From Felis catus (Eukaryota), in assembly GCF_018350175.1 (NCBI RefSeq), contig NC_058368.1, forward strand, positions 83,082,001-83,146,000: a DNA stretch of 64,000 nt, in the 5' to 3' direction. The position numbers and the translations under genes are program-made. Shown one piece after another: positions 1 to 10,929 of this stretch (positions are counted from its first letter, which is position 1; every line of letters begins with the position of its first letter). The notes below the pieces were generated by a model. That model was not told the origin of the DNA. It did not search any database and saw nothing but the letters and a program-made list of their open reading frames with translations.

Positions 1-1509
1 CATAGTTATACTCTGAGATTCATCTGAGTCTGTACAGGCCAAACTAATGAATTACATGGGAATCTAGTAGTTATCACTAATTTGCATTTTTCATGTTTTG
101 ATGATGGTATTAATTTCTGCACTTCCCTCGGGGATGTAGTATTGTTTCTGTTTTACCATATGGGCTAAATTGGATAAAATGAAGCCTTTCACATTGCTCT
201 TTTAACCATAATATCCTCATCCTATAGATTAAATATTGATCTAGTGATTCTCCTGGTTGTCAAGTATATTTATTCCAATTATACATTCAGTACTGAAGGA
301 ACAACAGGAAGTATAGGTCATGGCCCCAAGAACACCATAAGCCTTACTTTGACTTGCCAACCATATTGGTATTTGAGGTCGTTAGAAATCAGAATTATTT
401 GGAACCAATGTTTAGTAATCTTGAAAGGGTTGAGACTTCATTTTTTTATGTATAGTCACTTCAGACCAAACGGGGAATGGTTGAATTAAGATAGCATTGA
501 GCCCATATAAATTAATTTAGTTATATCTAGTGTCATATTTTCCCCTCTTTTGTGTAGTATCTAGAGAATATAGGGCAAGCATGTCCTCCTGGAGTCTATC
601 AATATATAATAGCTAGATCTTGCAATTTTTTTTGTTATATAAATGTTTTTTTTCTTGGATCAGAATGTGAACCCAACTTCTTAGAATGTGATTGGTCTGA
701 CCCTCTGGTCCATAGGCAACTCCTTCCACCCTATATCAGGGCTTACAGAGAAAATATGGATAGGCACCAGCATCCAGGATACACAGGGATCTGCTTTCCA
801 TTGTAAGAGGGTAGGGAATATTAGTGCCAAGCCAAAGTTCTAAGATAATCAATGAACAAGATTGGAGACTTTTAAGATATAAGAAAACATAGAAGGAAGA
901 AGGAAGAAAACAGGAAGAATTGTCAGTTTCCACATATAGTACAGTGCATTTGTTTGTTTTGGTTGTTTGAAAAAAAGGGACAAGAAAAAAATGAAAAAAA
1001 TCTATACACAATGTTAAGTATTCCTTGGCAATCATAGCATAGGTTGAACGTGATTAAAGGATGTTAACCCACAAAAGACATAAAAAATTGGGAATGCTTA
1101 TATATATAAGGTCCATTGTAGACTTTTCTATAAATATACTGCAGACTCACCAAAGACAATTTGGTTAAGCAGACAGAATAAACAGATAATTCAGGATCTC
1201 TTCTTCCATGACAAAACATTAGAAACAAGAGCAAAGATATGTGAAAAGTCCTCAATTTTGTTCAAAATCTATGTGGTTACCATAATTGACTAGGAGTTAT
1301 GAAGATTCACTGAAAGGAAGAAGCTGACATGAAATATATGAGAAAATATGTCCATCTATGATGATCCAGAATAAAAAAAAATACACATTAGTATATGAGT
1401 GTAATTGGATTTCTCATGGAAACAGAATCCCTCAAAATCCTGAAAATAATCCAACTAGGCATTACAGAAGCCCAATTAACTCTTAACATTATTTTAAAAA
1501 GACAGTGTA

Positions 1510-1700
1510 GGGGTGCCTGGGTGGCTCAGTTGGTTGAGTGTCCAGCTTTGGATCAGGTCATGGTTTCACGGTTCATGAGTTTGAGTCCCACAAATGGGCT
1601 CTGTGTTGACACCTCAGAGCCTGGATTTGCATTCTGTGTCTCTCTCTCCTGCCTTTCCCCTGCTTGCACTCTATATTGAACATTGTATAAATTTAAAAAT
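1510..1700 (+). mobile_element. Can-SINE (felid SINEC-type), degraded 3' end
   Basis: Starts GGGGTGCCTGGGTGGCTCAGTTGG, has a B-box-like GTTCATGAGTTTGAGTCCC and a CT-rich tract. Imperfect TSD tttaaaaa(ga/tcc)cagtgta at ~1493-1509 and ~1691-1709. Confidence 0.9.
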
Positions 1701-2080
1701 CCCAGTGTATGAAATCTTCACCTAAAATGACTCTAAAGTGACTGCATTAAGTTTTGGGTTTACCACATGGTGAAAGAAGCTTTGTTTGTTACCCAGATAT
1801 AAGTCACAACATTCCTGATAATTTTAAATCAACCTATAGTGTCCTTATTCAAGAAAAGGTCATAACTGTAAGGTCATAAACTGTATTTAATCATAATGTA
1901 ATTAAATATAGAATAATAACAACAATTTGAAACAGTTTTATTTAAAATCAAGGATTTGTGTGTTGCCCATGAATGTGTTATTCCAAAAATGTGCTGCACA
2001 TAAGTGTCATATTTTACAACTGATGAAAATAAAAGGAGCACTAAAGAGATATTGGCAAAGCATGAAAGTAATTAAGCAAA

Positions 2081-3020
2081 TTATTCTCTATACTTGGAAG
2101 AATTCTCTTTCCCCAACACCTTCATGAATAGTCTGGCCAATTATTCGTTGCAGAGGCTATAGATGACAGGATTTAGCATGGGAGTAAGGATGGTGTAGAA
2201 AACAGAAACAATTTTATGCTGAGTGGGAGAACAGTCTGAAGTGGACAGCATGTATATGAACAAATTTGCTCCATAGTACATTATGACCATCATGAGGTGA
2301 GAGGAACAGCTGGCAAAAGTTTGTGGGTATCCTCTCCAGAACCCATGCAAATGACAGACAGAATAACAAGCATAGGAAGCAATGATGATTGCTACAGGGA
2401 AAACAATCATTATGATACAATAGTAGAAAATAACTTCTTCAAATGTTGAAGTATCATTGCATGAGATGATTAGCATGGAAGGAAAATCACAGAAGTTGGC
2501 TATTTCCTTGAACCCACAATAGGAGAAGGAAAGTGTAACTACAACATCAATGAGACCATCAGTAGAACCCAGGATCCAGAAAGACACAGTCATAAGTCCA
2601 CAAATTTTAGAACTTATAAGATCAGTTTATCTTAAAGGGTGGCAAACGGCAATATAACGGTCATAAGCCATGACTGCCAACAGGAAATATTCACAACCTA
2701 TTAATGATGCATAGAAGAAAATTTCTGTAACACCCTGCCACAGAAATGGACTTGCTGACAGATAGGTAGTTGAAAACCATCTTAGGTACAGTGGTGCAGA
2801 TGAACATGAAGTCCATGAGGGACAGTTGGCTGACAAGGAAGTACATGGGTGTGTGGAGTTGGGTTTCCAGGTAGATGAGGAGAACCATGACACTGTTTTC
2901 CGTGAAGGCCACTGTGAAGATGCCCAACACCAAAGAGAAGAGGAAGATGTGGTTGGGGCTGTGACTAGAGATTCCTAGAATGATGATATCAGTATTAAAT
3001 ATCTGATAGTCCTGTGCCAT
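2081..3020 (-). pseudogene. OR2M: Olfactory receptor pseudogene, OR2M subfamily-like (copy A)
   Basis: Split over ORFs 2691-3020, 2627-2893 and 2141-2593 with OR motifs [27 protein letters not shown] and PMLNPVIYSL. The N-terminus and ICTTVPKM...SKSIS match the OR2M type as recalled. Frameshifts, premature stops (e.g. 2141-2143); probable ancestral stop at 2081-2083. Confidence 0.93.
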
Positions 3021-3070
3021 GATGAATGTTTTTTTGATCTAATACAACAAAAAGTGACATTACTTCATTA
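3021..3070 (-). promoter_or_regulatory. Probable 3' splice acceptor of the OR coding exon (copy A)
   Basis: Minus strand reads CACTTTTTGTTGTATTAG|ATCAAAAAAAACATTCATCATG (AG at 3040-3039). Conserved in the paralog as TTTTTGTTGTAATAG|ATAAAG (16086-16085). Confidence 0.6.
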
Positions 3071-3665
3071 ATTTGATAAATATGTACCCAGGGCCTTACA
3101 AACCTTGTGATTGTGGTAAATTCTACAAGTCAATGATTAAGATGACTTCACTAGGATTAGGAAATTCAAAGTTCAAGAACTATAATATTGAAAAGAAATA
3201 TGTCTGTTGGTATTGTCAGTCTGTAAAAGTGTTGAATATTTGCTAAGTTCAGCTTCTAAGGACCCTTTGTCGCCCTTTGAGAATTAAGCAAATAATATAC
3301 ATTTTTACATAATTTATAATGCATCTTCAAAAAGGAAACTTCCCCAAAGCTATTAGACAGTATGTGGAAATATCAAACGTCCTTTAAAGATAAGTTGATT
3401 TAAAAATTCAGCTTAAGTCAGCCTGTGGCAGAAAAAGTAACAGAGATAAAGAATACAATATGAACATTTGCTCTCATGATACTAGGCACTTTTTTTATCA
3501 GTGTTAACAAAACATTTACATTTATCTCTTACTTTACAGTTTAGAGTGTTTCATTTGTATTTATAGAAAATATTCTGTCCAGTAGTTGATGAATTGAGAA
3601 AGATTTTAATTATACAAATATGGAAGCTTTGTACTTAGTAGAAACTTTGTACTAAAATAGCCCAG

Positions 3666-3885
3666 TGTGATAGGGTGACTTGTGTTTCACCAAAACATAT
3701 GTCAAGTCTTCAACCCCAGCACCTCTGAATGTAAACTAATTTGAAAATAATTAGTTAAGATGAAATCATACTGGATGAAGTTGGGCAAACCCCAATTCAA
3801 TATGACTGATGTCCTTATAAGAAGAAGGTCAAGTAAAGGCAGACACAGGTAAAATTCATGATAATAGAGGCAGATATTGGAAGAA
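3666..3885 (+). mobile_element. MaLR LTR (MLT1-like), 3'-truncated
   Basis: MLT1-type text aaccccagcacctctgaatgt...aagatgaaatcatactggat...tatgactgatgtccttataagaaga. Paralogous to 16934-17368. Confidence 0.65.
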
Positions 3886-3891
3886 TTGATA

Positions 3892-4092
3892 GGCACCTGG
3901 GTGGCTTAGTCAGTTAAGGGTCTGACCTTGGTTCAGGTCATGATTTCACAGTTTGTGAGTTTGAGCTCCACAATGGGCTCTGTGCTGACAGCTTAGAGCC
4001 TGCAGCCTGGATTAGATTGTGTTTCCATCTCTCTCTGCTCCTCTCCCACTTTCTCTCTCTCTTTCTCTCTCTCTGTCAAAAATAAATAAACT
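3892..4092 (+). mobile_element. Can-SINE
   Basis: GGCACCTGGGTGGCTTAGTCAGTTAAG...CAGGTCATGATTTCAC...(CT)n...AAAAATAAATAAA; no TSD seen. Confidence 0.92.
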
Positions 4093-5229
4093 TATTTTTT
4101 TAATAATACAAGCATTATATGAAAAAAATCATGGACTTTTAACAAACTGCTCCCATCTGTGAGCTGAAGCAAATAACTCCTGCCACAATTCTTATATCCT
4201 TACAAACAGGGTACTACTATTTTCCTCAAAATAATATTGTACAGATGAAATGAAAGAATGATATAAAATGTTTAGGACAAAAATCATATAAGAAATGAAA
4301 CCAATTATCTCTGTAGCTTCATGTTCAGCAGAAAATTTGACATTAATTTCCAAATATTCTTACCTGATTGTTTATACTGTCTCTTAGTATGAGTCTAAGT
4401 AGTATATAATTCCAATGAAATAGTACATTACTGCAAAGGAAAACTACATATATTACATGTTTTTTTTGTGTTTCCACAATAAAAAATAAAAGCAGCACCT
4501 AATACACAATTGGAAATTTTGTCATTATTCATAAATGAATGGAAAGATATACTAATGAAGTATAAACAAGATGCACATTTAAGGATAGTTACTCATAGTA
4601 ATCATGAGAGGGATCAAAGTCTTCATATCACCATGTATTTAAATATAATTTTTCAGTTTATTATATTATTTAGCCTCCCAGAAAAAACATCAGTATTCTA
4701 ATTATAGGGCTATGGTGTATCCATTAACATTAATATGTATATAGTTCTGAGAATATAACTATCTTCTTAAAGATTTTAAACTGAAAATTATGAGTGTATT
4801 TTCAATTAAATTCTAGAAACACTCATAAGACCTTGTGTCATACCTGCTGTTAATTGTTTTATTGAAATCTCACCCTCTGTAATTTCGCAGGAAGACAAAA
4901 AGCAGCAGTATAAATGAAAACACTTTTTTTAAAAAAATACTTACCCTGGGTAGATAATTACATCTCCTTCCTTAAGTACTAGAGGAGTACTGAAACTTCT
5001 GCTCCCCATCACTTACATAACAGTAAGAGAAAAATACTAAATTGGAACTGTAGCAAGCACATGTCTAAACTCACTGACACTTACAAACATTGCACGTGTC
5101 AGGTATTCTTATCGATAATTTTTTTTGTTTAATTTCTTCAATAATAAAACTACTTAAGTAAATTGTCCAAAGTAATGGTTTTGAAAAGTAGGAGACAAGA
5201 TATTCCAATGTTAACATCAGCTCCATTTT

Positions 5230-5480
5230 TCTGCTTTATTAAGGTATAATTATCCAGTAAAAATTGCATATATTTAAGATATTCACCTTGATATTTTGAT
5301 ATATGTATACATTGTGAAATGTCATTCAAAATAAGTTAATATAACTAGCACCTCTAATAACATTATTCCTGTGTAGGGAGAACACTTGATATCTACACTT
5401 TTAGTAAATTTTAAGTATATAATACAGTTGTATTAACCAACTTTGGTCACCATGCTATACATTAGAGATCCAGAAATTAT
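5230..5480 (-). mobile_element. Old L1 (L1MA/MB-like) 3' end fragment; paralog at ~20470-20730
   Basis: ttttagtaaattttaagtatataatacagttgtattaac...gtcaccatgctatacattaga is typical of an old L1 3'UTR read antisense. Confidence 0.6.
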
Positions 5481-5828
5481 AAAATGTTGCAACTTTACTC
5501 TCCCTTGCTTCCTGTCTTCCAATATAATACAAGATGTGAGTCTCTTAACTTGGGAAGAATTGACATTTTTTAATATCTTGAAGTTCCCTACATACTTCTC
5601 AATCTATCAATATTTTCCTCCATGTGTTTTACCACCCACAAAATTGCTGTTTTTAAAGTTATTCACTTTGTTGGATAGAAAAGCTCCTGAATGTTTTACA
5701 TTTGATTGTTCTTTTGTATTTATTTATTTATTTATTTTTAAATTTTTTTCTTTTTGTATTTTTCTATTACTTTTTCTTTGTTTTTGCTGAAACATAGAAA
5801 TATATTGAGTGTTTTATGTTTGTTGATC

Positions 5829-5950
5829 TTTTTTTTTCTTAAAATTCAAGTTAGTTAGCATAGAGTGTAGTTTTGGCTTAAGGAGTAGAACCAACCCAGT
5901 GATTAATCTCTTACATATGACAGCCAGTGCCCATCCCAAAAAGTGTCCTT
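5829..5950 (-). mobile_element. Short carnivore L1 3' terminus
   Basis: Poly-T followed by aaattcaagttagttagcatagagtgtag...cagtgcccatcccaaaaagtgtcc. Confidence 0.75.
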
Positions 5951-5976
5951 AGTTTGCTAACCCAAAAGGTCTTAGA

Positions 5977-6097
5977 GTACACTTGTGATGAGCACAGGGT
6001 GCTGTATGTAAGTGTTGAATCACTAAATTGTACACCTGAAAATAATATTACACTTTATGTTAAATAATGGAATTTAAATATTTTTTAAAAGAAAATA
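5977..6097 (+). mobile_element. Short carnivore L1 3' terminus
   Basis: cacttgtgatgagcacagggtgctgtatgtaagtgttgaatcactaaattgtacacctgaaa...aatttaaata. Confidence 0.75.
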
Positions 6098-6877
6098 AGG
6101 TCCTGGAAATACCACCACCAGAGGATTTGGTGATTGTGCTCAAATTTGGGATGGATTAACGTGGGGTGCTCTGGGTTATGGGCATTTGACTACCTGGGGA
6201 TCCCTATGTTGGGAACAGAACAATCACTCTAAACAGAATCAACCCACTGTACTGGAAATATGGGATGAATACCATGGGGTTGTGTAGTCATTCTGATATA
6301 TTAAGGGAATATGACTTGTTTGGCACTGATTGATTGTAACACCTGTGTATTTATTGGATACCATCAAATGAAACCTCTTGGATGTATGACACAAATCTTT
6401 GGCTGAGACTCCCATCTGGATAGTTGGGCCATTGGATATTTTGCTCTCCCTGGGGAGAGGTGAGAATCTGACTCACAGAAACAATGCTGCAAATATCTCT
6501 CTTCTCATGGTCAAACGGACCCATTCTTTAACTGGTATGATCATTCACCAGTTTAAGTACATTTCATACACTTGTGTTTTAGTGGTCCAAGAAAGCCTAT
6601 GCAATTAGAATTACATTATTTCCATTGAAAGAAATATGACTGCAACAGAGTTATAAATATTTTATACTTACTATTACATGATAATATGCTTTCTTAGAAA
6701 ACAATAAGTTTATATCCTGAATTTCAACGTAAGACCTATAATCATTAATAAAATTTACACGTATCCATGCCTAATTGATGACCACTGGTAATTTTTCAAT
6801 TCCTTTGGATCTGAATAGTAAAGTTGTTTCTTTTTTGAATTGATACATGGAGATTAGGTGAGTCTTTACCACTTGAA

Positions 6878-7100
6878 GGGGTGCCTTGGTGAATATCTCA
6901 GCTAAGCATCCAAATCTTGCTTTCAGCACAGTTCATGATCTCAGTATTACTGAGTTTCCAGTCCTGAACTGAGTTCTGTGTTGACTGGTGGAGTCTGCTT
7001 TAAATTTCCTCTTTAGCTTTTTCTCTTTGCCCTTCCCCTCTCACACAGGCATGAGAGCTCTCTCTCTCTCAAAAATAAATCAATAAATATTAAAAAAAAA
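6878..7100 (+). mobile_element. Older, diverged Can-SINE
   Basis: GGGGTGCCTTGGTG...TCATGATCTCAG...(CT)n AAAAATAAATCAATAAA. Confidence 0.8.
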
Positions 7101-7191
7101 TTAAGAAAAGGAGTTTGGATCTGGAATGTTAAATAAAAATTTCATATTTGTGATGAAGAAAATAGAAAGTGTGATTTAAAAACATCATCTT

Positions 7192-7425
7192 CTTTCTTTT
7201 TTTTAAAAAAAATAACGTTTATTCATTTTTGAGAGACAGAGAGAGAGAAGGGAAACAAAGTATGAGCAGGGAAAGGACAGAGAGAGGGAGACACAGAATA
7301 TGAAGCAAGACCCAGTCTCTGAGCTGTCAGCACAGAGCCTGACATGGGCCTTGAACTCACGAACTGTGAGATTATGACCTGAGTCAAAGTTGGGTGCTCA
7401 AACAACTGAGCCACCCAGACACCCC
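7192..7425 (-). mobile_element. Can-SINE
   Basis: Reverse SINE ending ...CTGAGCCACCCAGACACCCC; TSD core catcatctt on both sides. Confidence 0.92.
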
Positions 7426-8587
7426 AAAAATCATCATCTTATTTCAAGTACTACCTTGCTTTATTCTTCAAGCCTGGAAAAATGAAAATTAAGAATAAAA
7501 ATAAAATATAAAACACTAAGTAAATGTAAAAAGCCCAGTGCACCAAATCTTAAAGTGACTCCAAGTGACTGAATACATATTTCGTTTTCCAACACAGAAA
7601 AAAGAATATTTGTTACCTGGACATAGGCCACAAAATTCCTGATACCTTTTAAACAAACTATAATGTCTTTATTCAAGAAAATGCAATAAATGTACTAATA
7701 AGTTAAATACAAAATAATAATAAATATTTATAATTTTCTTTAAATTAAAGAATTGAGAAAACAACTAGAAGACTACCAGAACAGAGTCTCCAGAGCCAAG
7801 CGCAGATGAGGGGCCCACAGAAGAGGGTAGGAAGGGCTGAGAGGAGGTGCATGCTGCAAGAACTGGCAAGAGGGAGCCGGGCGGAGGGGCAGCCCGCCAG
7901 CCAAGCAGAACCCCCGCGTCTGGCTTGCAGAAGCGGAGGGGCTGGACAGAGTGTGTTCAGACAGCAAGTGCGACTTAGCATCTGGGAGGTCATAAGTTAA
8001 CAGCTCTGCTGGGAAAGCAGGAAGGCTGGAGGACAAAGGGAGGGAGAGTTGCTGAGCCCCGGGGGCAGAGCTCAGTTTGGCAGGGAACAAAGGGGCTCCC
8101 CAGCACCATCTCCCTCGCCCATCCCCCAGCCAAATCCCAAAGGGAACCAGTTCCTGCCAGGGAACTTGCTCGCTCTGCGCAAACACCCAACTCTGTGCTT
8201 CTGCAGAGCCACCCCTCTGGCAGCGGGTCTGACTCCCTCCAGCTGCCACAGGGCCCCTCCTGAAGTGGATCACCTAAGGAGAAGCAAGCTAAGCCTGCCC
8301 CTCCTGCCCCCATGCACCTTGCCTACCCACCCCAGCTAATATGCCAGATCCCCAGCACCACAAGCCTGGCAGTGTGCAAGTAGCCCAGAGGGGCCACACC
8401 ACCCCACAGTGAATCCTGCCCCTAGGAGAGGGGAAGAGAAGGCACACACCAGTCTGACTGTGGCCCCAGCGGTGGGCTGGGGGCAGACATCAGGTCTGAC
8501 TCCGGCTCCGCCCACCAACTCCAGTTATACACCACAGCACAGGGGAAGTGCACTGCAGGTCCACACCACTCCAGGGACTATCCAAAA

Positions 8588-9060
8588 TGATGAAATGGAA
8601 GAATTCTCCTCAAAAGAATCTCCAGGAAATAACAACAGCTAATGAATTGATCAAAAAAGATTTAAATAATATAACAGAAAGTGAATTTAGAATAATAGTC
8701 ATAAAATTAATCACTGGGCTTGAAAACAGTATAGAGGACAGCAGAGAATCTCTTGCTACAGAGATCAAGGGACTAAAGAACAGTCAGGAGGAGCTGAAAA
8801 ACATTTAAAACGAAGTGCAAAACAAAATGGAAATGACGCCTCGGATTGAAGAGAGCGAGGAGGGAATAGGTGAACTAGAAGATAAAATTATGGAAAAAGA
8901 GGAAGCTGAGAAAAAGAGAGATAAAAAATCCAGGAGTATGAGGGGAAAATTAGAGAACTAAGTGATACACTAAAAAGAAATAATATACGCATAATTGGTA
9001 TCCCAGAGGAGGAAGAGAGAGGGAAAGGTGATGAAGGGGTACTTGAAGAAATAATAGCTG
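8588..9060 (+). pseudogene. L1 ORF1 N-terminal fragment (upstream head)
   Basis: MMKWKNSPQKNLQEITTANELIKKDL..., frameshifted; homology ends at ...GAAGAAATAATAGCTG. Confidence 0.88.
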
Positions 9061-9987
9061 GATCAGAAGAGAAGATGGCGGCATAGGAGGACGCTGGGCT
9101 CACCGCGCATCCTGCTGATCACTTAGATTCCACCTACACCTGCCTAAATAACCCAGAAAACCGCCAGAGGATTAGCAGAACGGAGTCGCCGGAGCCAAGC
9201 GCAGACGAGAGGCCCACGGAAGAGGGTAGGAAGGGCGGCGAGGCGGTGCGCGCTCCACGGACTGGCCGGAGGGAGCCGGGGTGGAGGGGCTGCTCGCCGG
9301 CCAAGCAGAGCCCACGAGTCTGGCTTGCAAAAGCGGAGGGCCTGAGGGACTGTGTTCCTACAGCAAGTGCGACTTAGCATCTGGGAGGTCATAAGTTAAC
9401 AGCTCTGCTGGGAAAGCGGGAAGGCTGGAGGACAAAGGGAGGGAGAGCTGCTGAGCCCCCTGACGACAGAGCTCAGTTTGGTGGGGAACAAAGTCGCTCA
9501 CCAGCGCCATCTCCCCCGCCCATCCCCCAGCCAAAATCCCAAAGAGAACCAGTTCCTGCCAGGGAACTTGCTCGCTCTGCGCAAACACCCAACTCTGTGC
9601 TTCTGTGGAGCCAAACCTCCGGCAGCGGATCTGACTCCCTCCCGCTGCCACAGGACCCCTCCTGAAGTGGATCACCTAAGGAGAAGCAAGCTAAGCCTCC
9701 CCTCCTGCCCCTGTGCACCTTGCCTACCCACCCCAGCTAATACGCCAGATCCCCAGCATCACAAGCCTGGCAGTGTGCAAGTAGCCCAGATGGGCCACGC
9801 CACCCCACAGTGAATCCCGCCCCTAGGAGAGGGGAAGAGAAGGCACACACCAGTCTGACTGTGGCCCCAGCGGTGGGCTGGGGGCAGACATCAGGTCTGA
9901 CTGTGGCCCCGCCCACCAACTCCAGTTATACACCACAGCACAGGGGAAGTGCCCTGCAGGTCCTCACCACGCCAGGGACTATCCAAA

Positions 9988-10879
9988 ATGACCAAGCGGA
10001 AGAATTCCCCTCAGAAGAATCTCCAGGAAATAACAACAGCTAATGAGCTGATCAAAAAGGATTTAAATAATAAACAGAAAATGAATTTAGAATAATAGTC
10101 ATAAAATTAATCACTGCGCTTGAAAACAGTATAGAAGACAGCAGAGAATCTCTTGCTACAGAGATCAAGGGACTAAGGTACAGTCACGAGGAGCTGAAAA
10201 GCACTTTAAACAAAATGCAAAACAAAATGGAAACAATGACAGCTCGGATTGAAGAGGCAGAGGAGGGAATAGGTGAACTAGAAGATAAAGTTATGGAAAA
10301 AGAGGAAGCTGAGAAAAAGAGAGATAAAAAAATCCAGGAGTATGAAGGGAAAATTAGACAACTAAGTGATACACTAAAAAGAAATAATATACGCATAATT
10401 GGTATCCCAGAGGAGGAAGAGAGAGGGAAAGGTGCTGAAGGGGTACTTGAAGAAATAATAGCTGAGAACTTCCCTGAACTGGGGAAGGAAAAAGGCATTG
10501 AAATCCAAGAGGCACAGCGAACTCCCTTCAGATGTAACTTAAATTGATGTTCTGCACGGCATATCATAGTGAAACTGGCAAAATACAAGTATAAAGAGAA
10601 AATTCTGAAAGCAGCAAAGGATAAACGTGCCCTTACATATAAAGGGAGATCTATAAGACTCGTGACTGATCTCTATTTTGAAACTTGGCAGGCCATAAAG
10701 GATTGGCACGAGATCTTCCATGTGCTGAACAGAAAAATATGCAGCTGAGAATCCTTTATCCAGCAAGTCTGTCATTTAGAATAGAAGGAAAGATAAAGGT
10801 CTTCCCAAACAAACAAAAACTGAAGGAATTCGTCACCACTAAACCAGCCCTACAAGAGATCCTAAGGGGGATACTGTGA
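9988..10879 (+). pseudogene. L1 ORF1 (RNA-binding protein), frameshifted
   Basis: RNNIRIIGIPEEEE, EIIAENFPEL, ILYPASLSF and TKPALQEIL motifs spread across several frames. Confidence 0.92.
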
Positions 10880-10929
10880 GACCAAGTACCAGAGACATCA
10901 CTACAAGCATAAATCATACAGACATTACA

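Larger units (their letters stand above)
2081..5490. repeat. Tandem duplicon copy A (OR2M plus upstream region), paralogous to ~15155-20745
   Basis: Colinear matches: 3081 tatgtacccagggccttaca vs ~16127 catgtacccagtgccttaca; 4111 vs 19159 agcattatatgaaaa; 4941 vs 20164 ttaccctgggtagataatta. Confidence 0.9.

Noticed and set aside
6105..6610. More balanced-composition stretch that might be a retroviral or processed-pseudogene remnant
   Set aside because: No recognisable protein motif in the frames I translated; it needs a database search.
7745..10043. Many overlapping GC-rich ORFs on both strands (also 33864-34692 and 49816-50788)
   Set aside because: These are by-products of GC-rich L1 5'UTRs. 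Similarity between copies reflects repeat homology. An ORF0-like antisense ORF cannot be supported by eye.
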